The notes beneath the pieces are model-generated. The model saw nothing but the letters and a program-made list of their open reading frames with translations, ran no database searches and was not told where the DNA came from. Both the position numbers and the translations under genes were made by a program. This document shows, one piece after another, positions 19,417 through 29,399 of a stretch of 64,000 nucleotides of DNA; within the stretch, counting starts at the first letter, position 1; every line of letters starts with the position of its first letter. The stretch covers positions 435 to 64,434 of the forward strand of contig CAYOCE010000001.1 in NCBI GenBank assembly GCA_964402405.1. Direction: 5' to 3'. The stretch comes from an uncultured Hyphomicrobiales bacterium (GTDB lineage: Bacteria; Pseudomonadota; Alphaproteobacteria; UBA7879).

Positions 19417-20778
19417 GTGAAAAACCCATACTTGAGTCTCACGATAAAATTATGGTATATTTGCCTCCATGTCAAAACCAAAAAGCAATTGAAGGAAATA
19501 ATGTTGAAATCAAAATTTGATCAGGATGCTTTGGACTTCCACAAAAATGGAAAACCAGGCAAGTTAGAAATTTGCGCAACGAAACCCCTTGAGACCCAGC
19601 GGGACTTATCACTCGCCTATTCTCCGGGGGTTGGGACGCCCTGCCTTGCCATTCAGGCTGATCCGGATATGGCTTATGAGTACACAGCCAAGGGCAATTT
19701 AGTGGCGGTCATTTCCAATGGTACAGCTGTCTTGGGATTGGGGAACTTAGGAGCACTCGCTTCCAAACCCGTTATGGAGGGCAAGGCTGTCTTGTTCAAA
19801 CGTTTTTCAGGGGTTGATTCCATTGATCTTGAAGTAAATACAGAAGACCCAGAAATGTTTATCCAGGCCGTTCGTTTGCTTGAACCTAGTTTTGGCGGCA
19901 TTAACCTTGAGGATATCAAGGCGCCTGAATGTTTCATTATTGAAAGTGCCCTAAAATCTCAAATGAATATCCCCGTGTTTCATGATGATCAGCATGGAAC
20001 CGCCATTGTCGTAGCGGCTGGTTTATTGAATGCGCTGGATATCACAGGGAAAAAATTGTCTGAGATTAAGGTTGTGGTGAATGGGGCAGGGGCTGCCTCT
20101 ATTGCCTGTGTAACTCTGTTGAAAGGACTCGGAATAAAGTCTGATCATGTTATTCTGATCGATCGCAGTGGGGTTGTGTATCATAACCGCTTGGAAGGCA
20201 TGAACCGGTGGAAAACCCACCATGCAAATGACACTCCCCATAGAACCTTAGGGGAGGCCATTGTAGGGGCAGATGTATTTATCGGACTTTCAGCCAAGGG
20301 AGCTATGACACCCGATATGGTCAAAAGCATGGCGCCAAACCCCATCATTTTTGCCATGGCCAATCCAAATCCAGAAATCACGCCGGAAGAGGCTCACGCC
20401 GTTAGGGATGATGTAATTATTGCCACAGGCAGGTCCGATTATCCCAATCAAATCAATAATCTTCTGGCTTTTCCCTATATTTTTAGAGGCGCCTTAGATG
20501 TTCGTTCCTCTGCTATTAATGAGGAAATGAAATTGGCCGCGGCTTATGCTTTGTCAGATCTTGCCAGGAAACCAGTTCCTACAGAAGTCCAGGAAATTTA
20601 CAAGGGTCGAGATTTGGTCTACGGAAAGAATTATATTATTCCAACACCTTTTGATCCACGTCTGATCGGCATTGTTTCCCGCGCAGTCGCCGAAGCGGCT
20701 ATCAAAACAGGCGTTGCCCAAAAACCTATTGCGGATCTGGATGCCTATGAGGCTGGATTATCTAGGTTGTTGAGGTAA
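19417..20778 (+). CDS. NAD(P)-dependent malic enzyme, short form without a PTA-like domain
   Basis: LAYSPGVGTPCLAI...NGTAVLGLGNLGALASKPVMEGKAVLFKRF...VVNGAGAA motifs of the MaeB N-terminal domain. The probable start is at 19501 (MLKSKF). Confidence 0.85.
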   Translation: MKNPYLSLTIKLWYICLHVKTKKQLKEIMLKSKFDQDALDFHKNGKPGKLEICATKPLETQRDLSLAYSPGVGTPCLAIQADPDMAYEYTAKGNLVAVISNGTAVLGLGNLGALASKPVMEGKAVLFKRFSGVDSIDLEVNTEDPEMFIQAVRLLEPSFGGINLEDIKAPECFIIESALKSQMNIPVFHDDQHGTAIVVAAGLLNALDITGKKLSEIKVVVNGAGAASIACVTLLKGLGIKSDHVILIDRSGVVYHNRLEGMNRWKTHHANDTPHRTLGEAIVGADVFIGLSAKGAMTPDMVKSMAPNPIIFAMANPNPEITPEEAHAVRDDVIIATGRSDYPNQINNLLAFPYIFRGALDVRSSAINEEMKLAAAYALSDLARKPVPTEVQEIYKGRDLVYGKNYIIPTPFDPRLIGIVSRAVAEAAIKTGVAQKPIADLDAYEAGLSRLLR

Positions 20779-20995
20779 GGTCAATCCTTACATCGTCCCC
20801 ACCGTCGCGTAAAGCTTTGGTGGGCGGGCTGTTCCTCGTCCTCCGACCTGTCTGCCATAGCTTTAGCGAAGGCAGAAGCTTTATCTACCTACGCCAAGGC
20901 TTCGGTAGACAAGGCGTAGGAGGGCCAAATCTCGCTCGCTACCGCTCGCGGTTTGGGATTGTAAGTTGAAAGTATGGGGAGTAAACCCATCTTCA
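20779..20995. other. GC-rich, highly structured intergenic island; candidate small RNA or repeat
   Basis: ~215 nt with markedly higher GC than the surroundings. It has several stems (ccacc...ggtgg; tctgcc...ggcaga; ctacgcc...ggcgtag), a direct repeat cgctcgc x2, and agcttt x3. Confidence 0.3.
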
Positions 20996-21067
20996 TCGGA
21001 AGGATCGGACAATCAACTTGCTATTTGCACCAATTGTATCCATGCTTGTGACAGGTAAAATTTTATC

Positions 21068-21096
21068 CTTGAAATGCTGAAAAAGATTATGTATAA
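21068..21096 (+). promoter_or_regulatory. Sigma70-like promoter for the MFS gene
   Basis: TTGAAA(21068-21073)-N17-TATAAA(21091-21096), 38 nt upstream of the ATG. Confidence 0.35.
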
Positions 21097-21134
21097 AACT
21101 ACTTTCTTTACTTAAGGTATGAAAGCGATTTTTC

Positions 21135-22325
21135 ATGAAGGCCTTCGCCAAAAAATTCTCCCTAACACTTCCTAGAGGCATTCTTTTTCTCTCCATCGCT
21201 GGGTTTTGTATTAACATTGCTACAACCATGGTATATAGCCAGCTTCCCATGTACTTAACAAATGTCTTGGGGTTTTCTGCTTATAATGTGGGGATGCTTG
21301 ATGGGATCGTAGAATGCTTATCCCATATCACCCGCATTTTATCTGGAAGCTTTAGCGATTTTTTGCGCCAAAGAAAAATGATTCTCCTTGCAGGATACAG
21401 CCTTTCTTTCTTAGCAAAACCCATATTAATTTTTGCAGGCTCCATTGGATGGGTGTTCTGTTCCCAGGCCCTTGATCGTTTTAGCAATGGGATGCAAGCA
21501 TCTCCACGGGATGCGTTGGTAGGGGATCTGATTGACAAAGAAAAACGAGGAGCAGGCTATGGATTCATGAGGTCCTTACGGACAGCTGGATCATGGATGG
21601 GGGCCTTAGTCGCCATGACCCTAATGATCTTCTTTTGTAATAATTTTCAGATGGTATTTGCCTTGTCCCTTATTCCCTGTGGTCTTGCCATTATATTGCT
21701 ATATACAGGGGTAAAAGAGCCAAAAAAAACCAACTCTTCAAAGCATTATAAAATAACTTTTGCCCACTTGAAGTTGTTAAATGCACCGTATTGGAAGCTT
21801 ATTCTCATGGCAAGTTTCTTTGAAATGGCCCATTTTAGTGAATCCTTCCTTAGCTTGCGTGCCCACCAAGTTGGCCTTGAAGTATCCCATATGGGATTTG
21901 TCATGATTGTCATGAATGTGGGTCAATTTCTTGTTTCCTATCCGTTGGGTATTTTGTCGGATCGATTTAATCGAAAGATATTTCTAGGAATTGGATTTGT
22001 GATGATGATCCTTGCCAATTGTTTCATGGCTCTTCCCAACAATATTTATTATGTATTGGTAGGGGTTTTCTTGTGGGGGGCCCAAATGGGAACCACCCAA
22101 AGTATCTTTTTAACAATGATTAGCGACACTGTTCCCAAGGAATTACGAGGAACAGGTTTTGGAATTTTTTACTTCCTTACAGGTCTTTGTTATTTATTAT
22201 CTAGTATGATCGCTGGAAAAATTTGGGATACTGTCGGATCTTTGTATACCTTTATGAGCAGTGGCATAATTGCAATTTTATCTTTTGGAATCTTACTGTT
22301 TATGCTACGGTCTAGAAAGCGCTAA
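21135..22325 (+). CDS. MFS transporter
   Basis: 12-TM profile with MFS loop motifs (GSFSDFLRQRK...; GILSDRFNRK). Confidence 0.7.
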   Translation: MKAFAKKFSLTLPRGILFLSIAGFCINIATTMVYSQLPMYLTNVLGFSAYNVGMLDGIVECLSHITRILSGSFSDFLRQRKMILLAGYSLSFLAKPILIFAGSIGWVFCSQALDRFSNGMQASPRDALVGDLIDKEKRGAGYGFMRSLRTAGSWMGALVAMTLMIFFCNNFQMVFALSLIPCGLAIILLYTGVKEPKKTNSSKHYKITFAHLKLLNAPYWKLILMASFFEMAHFSESFLSLRAHQVGLEVSHMGFVMIVMNVGQFLVSYPLGILSDRFNRKIFLGIGFVMMILANCFMALPNNIYYVLVGVFLWGAQMGTTQSIFLTMISDTVPKELRGTGFGIFYFLTGLCYLLSSMIAGKIWDTVGSLYTFMSSGIIAILSFGILLFMLRSRKR

Positions 22326-22467
22326 TTTAATATATCCGAACTATTTTGAAGTGTGGGAAACTAAATGAGGAATCAAAGAACGTAAGTATATTCTTTATAC
22401 ATGTGTACCGCAGATTTCCAAAATTTAGTGATCCACAATTCAAAAGAGGAGGAAGAAGGGTTGCATA

Positions 22468-22884
22468 ATGTTTTGGGCACTAGATGTACAATTACAGATG
22501 GATACGATCAAAATTGTTGATTTAGACTTGTGCCAGGCACGCTTGATGAATGATCAAAGGCTCCCCTGGATTATACTGATCCCCAAACGTGAAGGAATTG
22601 AAGAAATCTATCAACTCAATAAAAACGATCAGATTTCTTTAATGAGAGAGATTGAAATTACGTCTCATGTTTTACGAGAGGCCTTTAATCCCTACAAACT
22701 AAATATCGCTGCCCTTGGCAACATGGTCAGGCAGCTGCATGTTCATGTTATCGTTCGGTTTGAACAGGATCATGCCTGGCCCAAGCCTGCCTTTGGGCAC
22801 GGGGAAGCTGTTCCCTATGACAAAGATAAGCTAAGTCATCAAATTGCCATGCTACAGACCCGTTTTGAAGAACATCGGGGATAG
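22468..22884 (+). CDS. HIT-family (histidine triad) hydrolase
   Basis: HVHVIVR histidine-triad motif. The start is possibly the internal Met at 22498. Confidence 0.7.
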   Translation: MFWALDVQLQMDTIKIVDLDLCQARLMNDQRLPWIILIPKREGIEEIYQLNKNDQISLMREIEITSHVLREAFNPYKLNIAALGNMVRQLHVHVIVRFEQDHAWPKPAFGHGEAVPYDKDKLSHQIAMLQTRFEEHRG

Positions 22885-22892
22885 ACTACACT

Positions 22893-23552
22893 TTAGGATT
22901 TCTTTCTGACCAAGGTTACCCCATCGCCTATGGGCAGCATTGACATAGTCACACGGGGATCTTCATGAATATATTTATTTAATTTATCAATGGCTTGAGC
23001 TGAAGGTGCTTGGGTATTTGGAAGATAAGCCCCATGATATCCAAGGGTATTATCAATGGCTATAATGCCTAGGGGATTAAGGAGGGACAGCCCCAATTCG
23101 TAATAGTCTAAATAGTCCGATTTATTAGCATCAATGAAAATAAAATCAAAACGAGTATTCCTTTTCTGAAGATCTTTGAGAGTATCTAGGGCCGGACCCA
23201 ATTTAAAATCAACTTTATCAGCGACTCCGGATTCCTCCCAAAAAGGTTGAACAACTTTAACAGCAGAGGCATCAATATCACAAGTTGTAAGATATCCATC
23301 AATGGGCAAAGCTAAAGCCATCCACAGAGTTGAATACCCATGAAAAGTCCCCAATTCTAAGACTGCTTTAGCCCCGATGGCTTGAATCAAAAATGCCAAC
23401 AATTGCCCCACTTCTGGGGCAATTCGCATATGGCTACCGGGGAGATTTTCTGTATGCTCTCGAAGGGATTTTAAAACCGAAGGCTCATGACACCCAAAGG
23501 TTTGAAGGTAGGCATAGGTCTCAGGGGTCATGGCTAATGTTTGTTTTGACAT
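22893..23552 (-). CDS. Class I SAM-dependent O-methyltransferase (caffeoyl-CoA OMT-like, family 3)
   Basis: VLELGTFHGYSTLWMA...FDFIFIDANK motifs. Confidence 0.8.
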   Translation of the reverse strand: MSKQTLAMTPETYAYLQTFGCHEPSVLKSLREHTENLPGSHMRIAPEVGQLLAFLIQAIGAKAVLELGTFHGYSTLWMALALPIDGYLTTCDIDASAVKVVQPFWEESGVADKVDFKLGPALDTLKDLQKRNTRFDFIFIDANKSDYLDYYELGLSLLNPLGIIAIDNTLGYHGAYLPNTQAPSAQAIDKLNKYIHEDPRVTMSMLPIGDGVTLVRKKS

Positions 23553-23762
23553 AGCCTAAAATATACTCTCCAAAAAACTTTGTCTAGAGATAGCTATAAA
23601 AAACAGCAGGTTTTAAAAGTTTAAAAGCAAAAAATAAATTTGACAAATATTAAAATATATACGTAAAATACTCAAAATTTTTAATACCTCTTTGATTACA
23701 AAGAAGCTTTAAGAAATTTAAAATTTAATATAATTCAAAATAAATATAGAGGATATAAGGAT

Positions 23763-24662
23763 ATGAAGAAATTTATTGCAGCCACCTTGATTATAGGATT
23801 GATTTTTAACACCACTGTTTTATCTTGCCAGGGGATGAATGATCCATTCGCACCTAACTCTGCCCCTGTTACACCAGTAAAAACAAGTAGGAGCGCATCG
23901 GTAACAAGCTCACCCAGTGGAAGTGTTGCCAGCGAAGATAGTGTAGATGATAAAGCGGCCCTTGAGAATGCTAAAAAGAGGATTGCTCGCTTCGAAATAC
24001 AAGTTAAAGAAAATAATCGTTTGCTTGGGGAAGTATTTAACGTATTGGGCTCTTGGAGAAAAGACCCTGTATTAGATGAGGCCATAGCGCACCATCCCTG
24101 GAAAAATTTAATAAAGGGAAAAATTGGTAGTCAGCACCTCTCCGAGTTGTTACAAATAGTTTCAACCCATTTTGAACGAAAAGGCGAAGAACTACGCACA
24201 CGTCTTGGAGGGTTAGTTTCTGGGAAACAAGATGCTGCGGCTTCTTCTGCTGAAACTGCTCTGGAACCAGTATTGGCAGGCCCTCTTGGTGATGCAGAAC
24301 AGGAAATGAGAAAAATAAGACAAGAATTAGCAGAATTAGAAAGTCTTAAAGAAGAGCTAAGAGTAGCAACGCAAGCTCAAGAAAGGTTAACTAAAGAAAA
24401 AAGTGTATTGGAAGAGGCTAAAGAACAACAAGCTAGAGAATTGGAACGATTAAGGAAAGAGTTGGAAGACGAAAGAAAGGCAAGAGCCTCTACTGCGGCA
24501 TCTAGTTCTGGAGTAGTAGTGACAAAAGACACTTCCTCAGGATATACGTCTAGAGATCTTATATGCGCAGGAGTTGGGGCTGCAGCAACACTCCTAGGTG
24601 TTTTTCTGTGGAGTTATATGAGATCCGTTCCAGCTGCTGCAGGAGTGCCATCAGACCTTTAG
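23763..24662 (+). CDS. Lipoprotein with a Ser-rich low-complexity region, a long coiled coil and a C-terminal TM anchor (hypothetical)
   Basis: Signal/lipobox (TVLSC), an S/T-rich tract, a heptad-rich segment (ELAELESLKEELRVATQAQERLTKEKSVLEEAKEQQARELERLRKELEDERK), and a C-terminal hydrophobic helix. Confidence 0.5.
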   Translation: MKKFIAATLIIGLIFNTTVLSCQGMNDPFAPNSAPVTPVKTSRSASVTSSPSGSVASEDSVDDKAALENAKKRIARFEIQVKENNRLLGEVFNVLGSWRKDPVLDEAIAHHPWKNLIKGKIGSQHLSELLQIVSTHFERKGEELRTRLGGLVSGKQDAAASSAETALEPVLAGPLGDAEQEMRKIRQELAELESLKEELRVATQAQERLTKEKSVLEEAKEQQARELERLRKELEDERKARASTAASSSGVVVTKDTSSGYTSRDLICAGVGAAATLLGVFLWSYMRSVPAAAGVPSDL

Positions 24663-25480
24663 AAATGATAAGCAACCCCCACGCTTAGGGTGCGAACCCT
24701 AGGCGTGATGCTTTCTATATCAGGATTTCCAGCGCCGTCGGCGTTGTTAACAGTCATTGTTTTTCGGTTATAAAAGGCTACGTCATATTGTAGCCTGAGG
24801 CTAATGTCGTTGTTTACCATATAGTCTACCCCCAATCCTGGGACAAATGCCTGGTAATTTGTTTCTTGATTAACCCCTGGAAAGGCTGGACTACCGGTGA
24901 TAAAGGCCTTTAATCTAATTTTTTGCTGGCGATAGCCCAAGGAAATATAGGGAATGAAGCCCTGGACAACTTGGAACCCAGCCCGAAAGGCACATCCCCA
25001 CACATGATTACTGGTAAAGGTTGTATTGGCTTGACTAACTCCCCCAGAGCTATTGAATTCATTGTAGCTTTTTGATTTATCAAAGATATAAAGACCTTCA
25101 ACCCCAACCATCACATCCCCAAATAGGGCTTGTATTCCTGGGAACAAGCTTAGGGTTGCGGTGTCATTGGAAGGATTAATATTCAGCAAGTCTCCTTCTG
25201 CGTTCTGAGCATAGTTGTACTGGTGATTGGCATAGCCAGCAGCAACACCTATGTACACACTAGATTTCATTCCCACCATACTCGCCAGGGATGTGTGTGT
25301 TTCAACATTGATTTGGCGGGGTTCCTCAGGGGCAGCAGGCTTGTTCCATTCATTAACCTGATCGGTCTGAATAGGTTTATCCTGAGCCTGCACTTGATCC
25401 TTCTGCGAGAGGATCTTTGCATTTGCAGGCAAATAAATCGCAAATAGAAAAAATAAATGTGTGAGTAAGGTTCGTTTCAT
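24659..25480 (-). CDS. Outer-membrane beta-barrel protein (OmpA-like/opacity-family barrel)
   Basis: Signal peptide, alternating amphipathic beta-strands, and a C-terminal ...VGVAYHF with terminal Phe. Confidence 0.6.
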   Translation of the reverse strand: MKRTLLTHLFFLFAIYLPANAKILSQKDQVQAQDKPIQTDQVNEWNKPAAPEEPRQINVETHTSLASMVGMKSSVYIGVAAGYANHQYNYAQNAEGDLLNINPSNDTATLSLFPGIQALFGDVMVGVEGLYIFDKSKSYNEFNSSGGVSQANTTFTSNHVWGCAFRAGFQVVQGFIPYISLGYRQQKIRLKAFITGSPAFPGVNQETNYQAFVPGLGVDYMVNNDISLRLQYDVAFYNRKTMTVNNADGAGNPDIESITPRVRTLSVGVAYHF

Positions 25481-25626
25481 AGTATTCCCGGTTTATTTTT
25501 TAATTATCATACTTAAATTGTATAAATATATGTATAACATGTCAAAGTGTATTTTTTACAATTAATTGACATTTTCCAAAAATATTTGCAAACTAGAATT
25601 ATCTAATCTTTAAGGAGGCTTAAAAA

Positions 25627-26220
25627 ATGATCATATCACGCATTCAATTTCTAAACTTTATTCGTAAAAAGAAAGAGACTAATGTGGGAGAGGATGCCCT
25701 TACCTCATCCACCCGCTATTACTTGAGAAAATTTGATCAGTATGGAAGTGCGTCTTCTTCCTTTATTTCTTGGAATTGGGCGGCGGCGTTCTTTCCTGTT
25801 TCATGGCTGTTATATCGACGGATGTACCTTTATACATTTTTATGGATGTTGATTAGTGCCGCTGGTTCTTGGTCATTTGGATTCTCCATGGTTTCAGCAT
25901 TATTGCCTTTTTTCTTAATGGGGGCTCTTGGGAATGCTATGTATTTTCAATTTGTCAAATCCAAGATAAAACAAGGGATTACAAGCAGGCCTCCTAGTGG
26001 ATGGGCATTATGGTTGTATTTTGTTTTTGCCCCCCTCGTTTCTATTACGATGTTAATGATTTCCCATGAGGAAAAAAAGAATTTTGATACCCTTGAGCCC
26101 TCGTATAAACTTGTATATATTATCGAAAGTAGAGAGGCAGCAAAGCACATGAAACTTTTGGATCAGCAGTTCCGCCTTTATTTAATGGATCATTACAAAA
26201 TTAAAAAAATGGAAGTATGA
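25627..26220 (+). CDS. DUF2628-family membrane protein
   Basis: [22 protein letters not shown] motif typical of DUF2628. Confidence 0.55.
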   Translation: MIISRIQFLNFIRKKKETNVGEDALTSSTRYYLRKFDQYGSASSSFISWNWAAAFFPVSWLLYRRMYLYTFLWMLISAAGSWSFGFSMVSALLPFFLMGALGNAMYFQFVKSKIKQGITSRPPSGWALWLYFVFAPLVSITMLMISHEEKKNFDTLEPSYKLVYIIESREAAKHMKLLDQQFRLYLMDHYKIKKMEV

Positions 26221-27212
26221 CGAAAAAAATAATATTAACAGGTGATCGGCCCACTGGAAAACTGCACTTGGGCCATTATGTGGGATCTCTTGCGAATAGG
26301 GTTAAATTACAAGACACCTATGATCAGTATGTCATGATTGCGGATATTCAGGCGCTCACCGATAACTTTGAGCATCCTGAAAAAATAACCCAAAATGTTT
26401 TCGAAGTGGCCCGTGATTATCTAGCGGTGGGGATTGATCCCACCAAGTCTACGATTCTGATTCAATCCCAAATTCCAGAACTTGCCGAGCTAACCATCTA
26501 TTATATGAACCTGGTAACCCTGGGTAGGCTGGAGCGTAATCCAACGGTCAAAACCGAGATTGCCCAAAAGGGCTATGATGACTCCATTCCGGCAGGCTTC
26601 TTTTGCTACCCCATTAGCCAAGCAGCGGATATTACCGCCTTCAAGGCCGAGGTTGTTCCGGTGGGGGAGGATCAAGTCCCCATGATCGAGCAAACCAATG
26701 AAATCGTCCGTCGATTCAATCGCATCTATAATACGAATTGTTTGAAGGAATCAAAGGTGTTGCTGAGTCAGACCCCCCGATTGGTGGGGATTGATGGCAA
26801 AGGCAAGGCTGGAAAGTCGACAGGTAATGCCATCTTCTTATCCGACAGTGCTGTGGATATTAAACAAAAAGTCTTTGCCATGTTTACAGATCCGGATCAT
26901 TTAAAGGTTAGCGATCCCGGTAAGATCGAAGGCAATGTGGTTTTTGCTTACTTGGATGCCTTCCATCCCGATGCGGCAGAGGTAAAATCCTTAAAAGATC
27001 ATTATAGTCAGGGGGGATTAGGGGATGTCACAATCAAAAATATTCTGAATGAGACTCTACAACAGCTGCTGGGCCCCATGCGAGAAAAGCGTGAGTCTAT
27101 TTCCCATCAAGAGGTATTGGATATGCTGCGGGAAGGAACCAAAAAGGCTCGCCTCGTTGCCCAAGCGACCTTGCAAGAAGTCAGAAGTGCCATAGGGATT
27201 TGCTATTGGTGA
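26217..27212 (+). CDS. trpS: Tryptophan--tRNA ligase
   Basis: Class I aaRS of TrpRS size (331 aa) with the HIGH-type motif [13 protein letters not shown] and GEDQ. The KMSKS region is degenerate (GKAGKST). Confidence 0.75.
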   Translation: MTKKIILTGDRPTGKLHLGHYVGSLANRVKLQDTYDQYVMIADIQALTDNFEHPEKITQNVFEVARDYLAVGIDPTKSTILIQSQIPELAELTIYYMNLVTLGRLERNPTVKTEIAQKGYDDSIPAGFFCYPISQAADITAFKAEVVPVGEDQVPMIEQTNEIVRRFNRIYNTNCLKESKVLLSQTPRLVGIDGKGKAGKSTGNAIFLSDSAVDIKQKVFAMFTDPDHLKVSDPGKIEGNVVFAYLDAFHPDAAEVKSLKDHYSQGGLGDVTIKNILNETLQQLLGPMREKRESISHQEVLDMLREGTKKARLVAQATLQEVRSAIGICYW

Positions 27213-27232
27213 GTTGAGGTAGGGGTGATGAG

Positions 27233-28102
27233 CTATTTAAGATATTTTTTTAAGCAATCACGCACTTTACATTTAAATGTAAACAAAATTATTTTTACAA
27301 CCTGTAAAAAATTTTTAAAAAAAGGGAGTAGTAATTCTGTAAGATGAAAGTAGCCTTTTTGCCAAACTAGTTTGTACACATAAAATAAGCGAATTATGTA
27401 TTTTAAATTTCTCCTTACAACACTTGAAGCAGTAAAATTTGAAAATCTAGCGTCTCCAGAGTAGTAAAGAAGTAAATGCTCTTCTATACAAAATAACTGG
27501 GTTTTCTTTGAAATACGCAAAACAAGCTCAAAATCTTCAGCGCCCGCAATTTTTTTTGTTTCATCAAACCATTCAGTTTTTTTTAAAAGAGCTTTTTTAA
27601 TAACAACAGAAGATAAAGGAACTGTATTTTTATACAAAAGATTTTTACTAGTGATGAGGGCAGGGCCTTCCTCCTCAAGATTAATCCATTCTTTTTTTTC
27701 ATTAAATCGCTTCATTTTTGTACAGCATAAACCAAAGTTTGGATTTTTCGATAAAAATGATAGCTGTTTTTCTAGTTTTTCTGGCAACCAAATATCATCA
27801 TCATCACAAAAAGCAATATAATTACCTTTAGAAATGCGTATTCCATGATTTCTCGGGGAGGCGGGGCTACCACTACCTTCTTGAAAAATAAATTTTATTC
27901 TTGGATCTTGAAAACTTTTAACAACGGCTTCTGAATCATCTGTTGATCCATTGGAAACAACAATAATTTCATAATCTGAGTACGTTTGATTTAAGATACC
28001 TTCAATGGTCTTCTTTAAAAGAGAGGCTCTATTAAACGTAGGAATTATAATACTGACTTCAGGCATCTTTGTCCCATTTAAAATGTATCTGATTGGTATC
28101 AA
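27233..28102 (-). CDS. Family 2 glycosyltransferase
   Basis: VSIIIPTFNRASLLKKTIEGILNQTYSDYEIIVVSNGSTD...CDDDD. Confidence 0.85.
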   Translation of the reverse strand: MIPIRYILNGTKMPEVSIIIPTFNRASLLKKTIEGILNQTYSDYEIIVVSNGSTDDSEAVVKSFQDPRIKFIFQEGSGSPASPRNHGIRISKGNYIAFCDDDDIWLPEKLEKQLSFLSKNPNFGLCCTKMKRFNEKKEWINLEEEGPALITSKNLLYKNTVPLSSVVIKKALLKKTEWFDETKKIAGAEDFELVLRISKKTQLFCIEEHLLLYYSGDARFSNFTASSVVRRNLKYIIRLFYVYKLVWQKGYFHLTELLLPFFKNFLQVVKIILFTFKCKVRDCLKKYLK

Positions 28103-28487
28103 TTGGTAATCGTTCTACCTCATTTGGATCATATACCCCATTTAGGATATTAGCTATTAGAGCAGGATTGTCATCTAAAGATTTAAATGCATACCAAACC
28201 CCAATTGGGATTTTAATGAGGCCATAATTTTCCTTAGTGATATTAATGATGGAAAACTTATTTGCTTTTTCATCAAATAAAACCACCTGAAGGTTTGCTG
28301 TAGGACTTGTCATGTAAGAGGTATTTATACTGTGGCGATACCATCCTTTAATAAACCCAGGGTTTATCCAGGAAAAATAACTTTCTCCAAAAGAATCAAA
28401 AAAGAAGTCTGTGGACTTTAGAAAGTGAAGTACTTTTCCTCTTTCATCTTCTATATATTTCAGGGGAAAAAAATTAATTTGATTCAT
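28059..28487 (-). CDS. WxcM/FdtA-like cupin (NDP-sugar 3,4-ketoisomerase family)
   Basis: ~140-aa cupin with ERG...HF...RG/W.YRH pattern. Family assignment is tentative. Confidence 0.45.
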   Translation of the reverse strand: MNQINFFPLKYIEDERGKVLHFLKSTDFFFDSFGESYFSWINPGFIKGWYRHSINTSYMTSPTANLQVVLFDEKANKFSIINITKENYGLIKIPIGVWYAFKSLDDNPALIANILNGVYDPNEVERLPIDTNQIHFKWDKDA

Positions 28488-29397
28488 TTTCTTTTAACTT
28501 TTGAGTATGTTTAATACACTCTGTGATCCCATCTTCTATAGAAATGGTGGGAGCATATTTTAAAACTTGAAAAGAGTCCGTAATATCTAAAATAGCGCCA
28601 AACCCAGAAACTTGTTGCGCGCCGATCTTTACTGTATCCTTTTCCTCCATTTTTTTCTTAAAAAAAGACTCTATAAAACTTTGTATATCCCTTAAATTAT
28701 ATCCTTTTCCTCCACCCACATTAATAATGCCCGTATGGTTGGAAAATAAAGCAGAACAGACACCTTTTGCTGCATCTTCTACATGTACAAAATCTACTAC
28801 TGCATCAGGGTTGTTTAAAGCTACAGTTTTATTTTTTATAGCATTAGCAATAAGTGTGGGTAGTAACTTATGCGCATGATCATCTGGTCCATATACATTG
28901 GAGAGTCTTACCCAACCAAACGAAATATGTTTTAAAGTATGATTTAAAAGAGCCTGCATGCAATCGTAAACATGTTTTTTACATATTCCATACAGAGTTG
29001 TTGGTAACGCTCCTTTAAAATCATTTGGAACTTTTCCACTTGTTGTTCCAGTTTCATGAATACTTCCCGTAAAAATAATTCTAGAAGAGGGGTTTTTGTG
29101 TGCAAATTTAGCTATAAAATCAAGGCTTGTTGCAGCAAAGTTAACATGATCAAGGGAATTATGAGGAGGGGTCAATGGCCATGCAAGATAAACTAAATGG
29201 GAATAGCTAGTCTGATTTAAAAATTTTTCTACACCCTCAACATCACAAATATCTAATTGATAGTACGTATGTTTTTTTGATTTTAGAAAGTTAAATGAAG
29301 GTAGTCTGCCAATAATCGACACATCATAGGTTAATAAATTATTTAAACATGCACGCCCTAAAACGCCTGATCCACCAACAAATAATATCTTTTCCAA
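28474..29397 (-). CDS. NAD-dependent epimerase/dehydratase (SDR), probably an NDP-4-keto-sugar reductase
   Basis: Rossmann motif VGGSGVLG and a YGICK catalytic dyad. Confidence 0.65.
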   Translation of the reverse strand: MEKILFVGGSGVLGRACLNNLLTYDVSIIGRLPSFNFLKSKKHTYYQLDICDVEGVEKFLNQTSYSHLVYLAWPLTPPHNSLDHVNFAATSLDFIAKFAHKNPSSRIIFTGSIHETGTTSGKVPNDFKGALPTTLYGICKKHVYDCMQALLNHTLKHISFGWVRLSNVYGPDDHAHKLLPTLIANAIKNKTVALNNPDAVVDFVHVEDAAKGVCSALFSNHTGIINVGGGKGYNLRDIQSFIESFFKKKMEEKDTVKIGAQQVSGFGAILDITDSFQVLKYAPTISIEDGITECIKHTQKLKENESN

Positions 29398-29399
29398 TG

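Noticed and set aside
20779-20995. tmRNA, RNase P RNA, SRP RNA or 6S RNA for the GC-rich island
   Set aside because: The island lacks a tRNA-like T-arm/CCA end, a tag-peptide frame ending in AA-stop, the RNase P P4 motifs (AGGAAAGUCCGGGCUCC) and the SRP domain-IV consensus. It is kept as an unclassified structured element.
20993-21250. 85-aa ORF (minus strand) spanning the MFS promoter region
   Set aside because: It overlaps the MFS gene start and a good sigma70-like promoter on the other strand, shows no homology signal, and is likely spurious.
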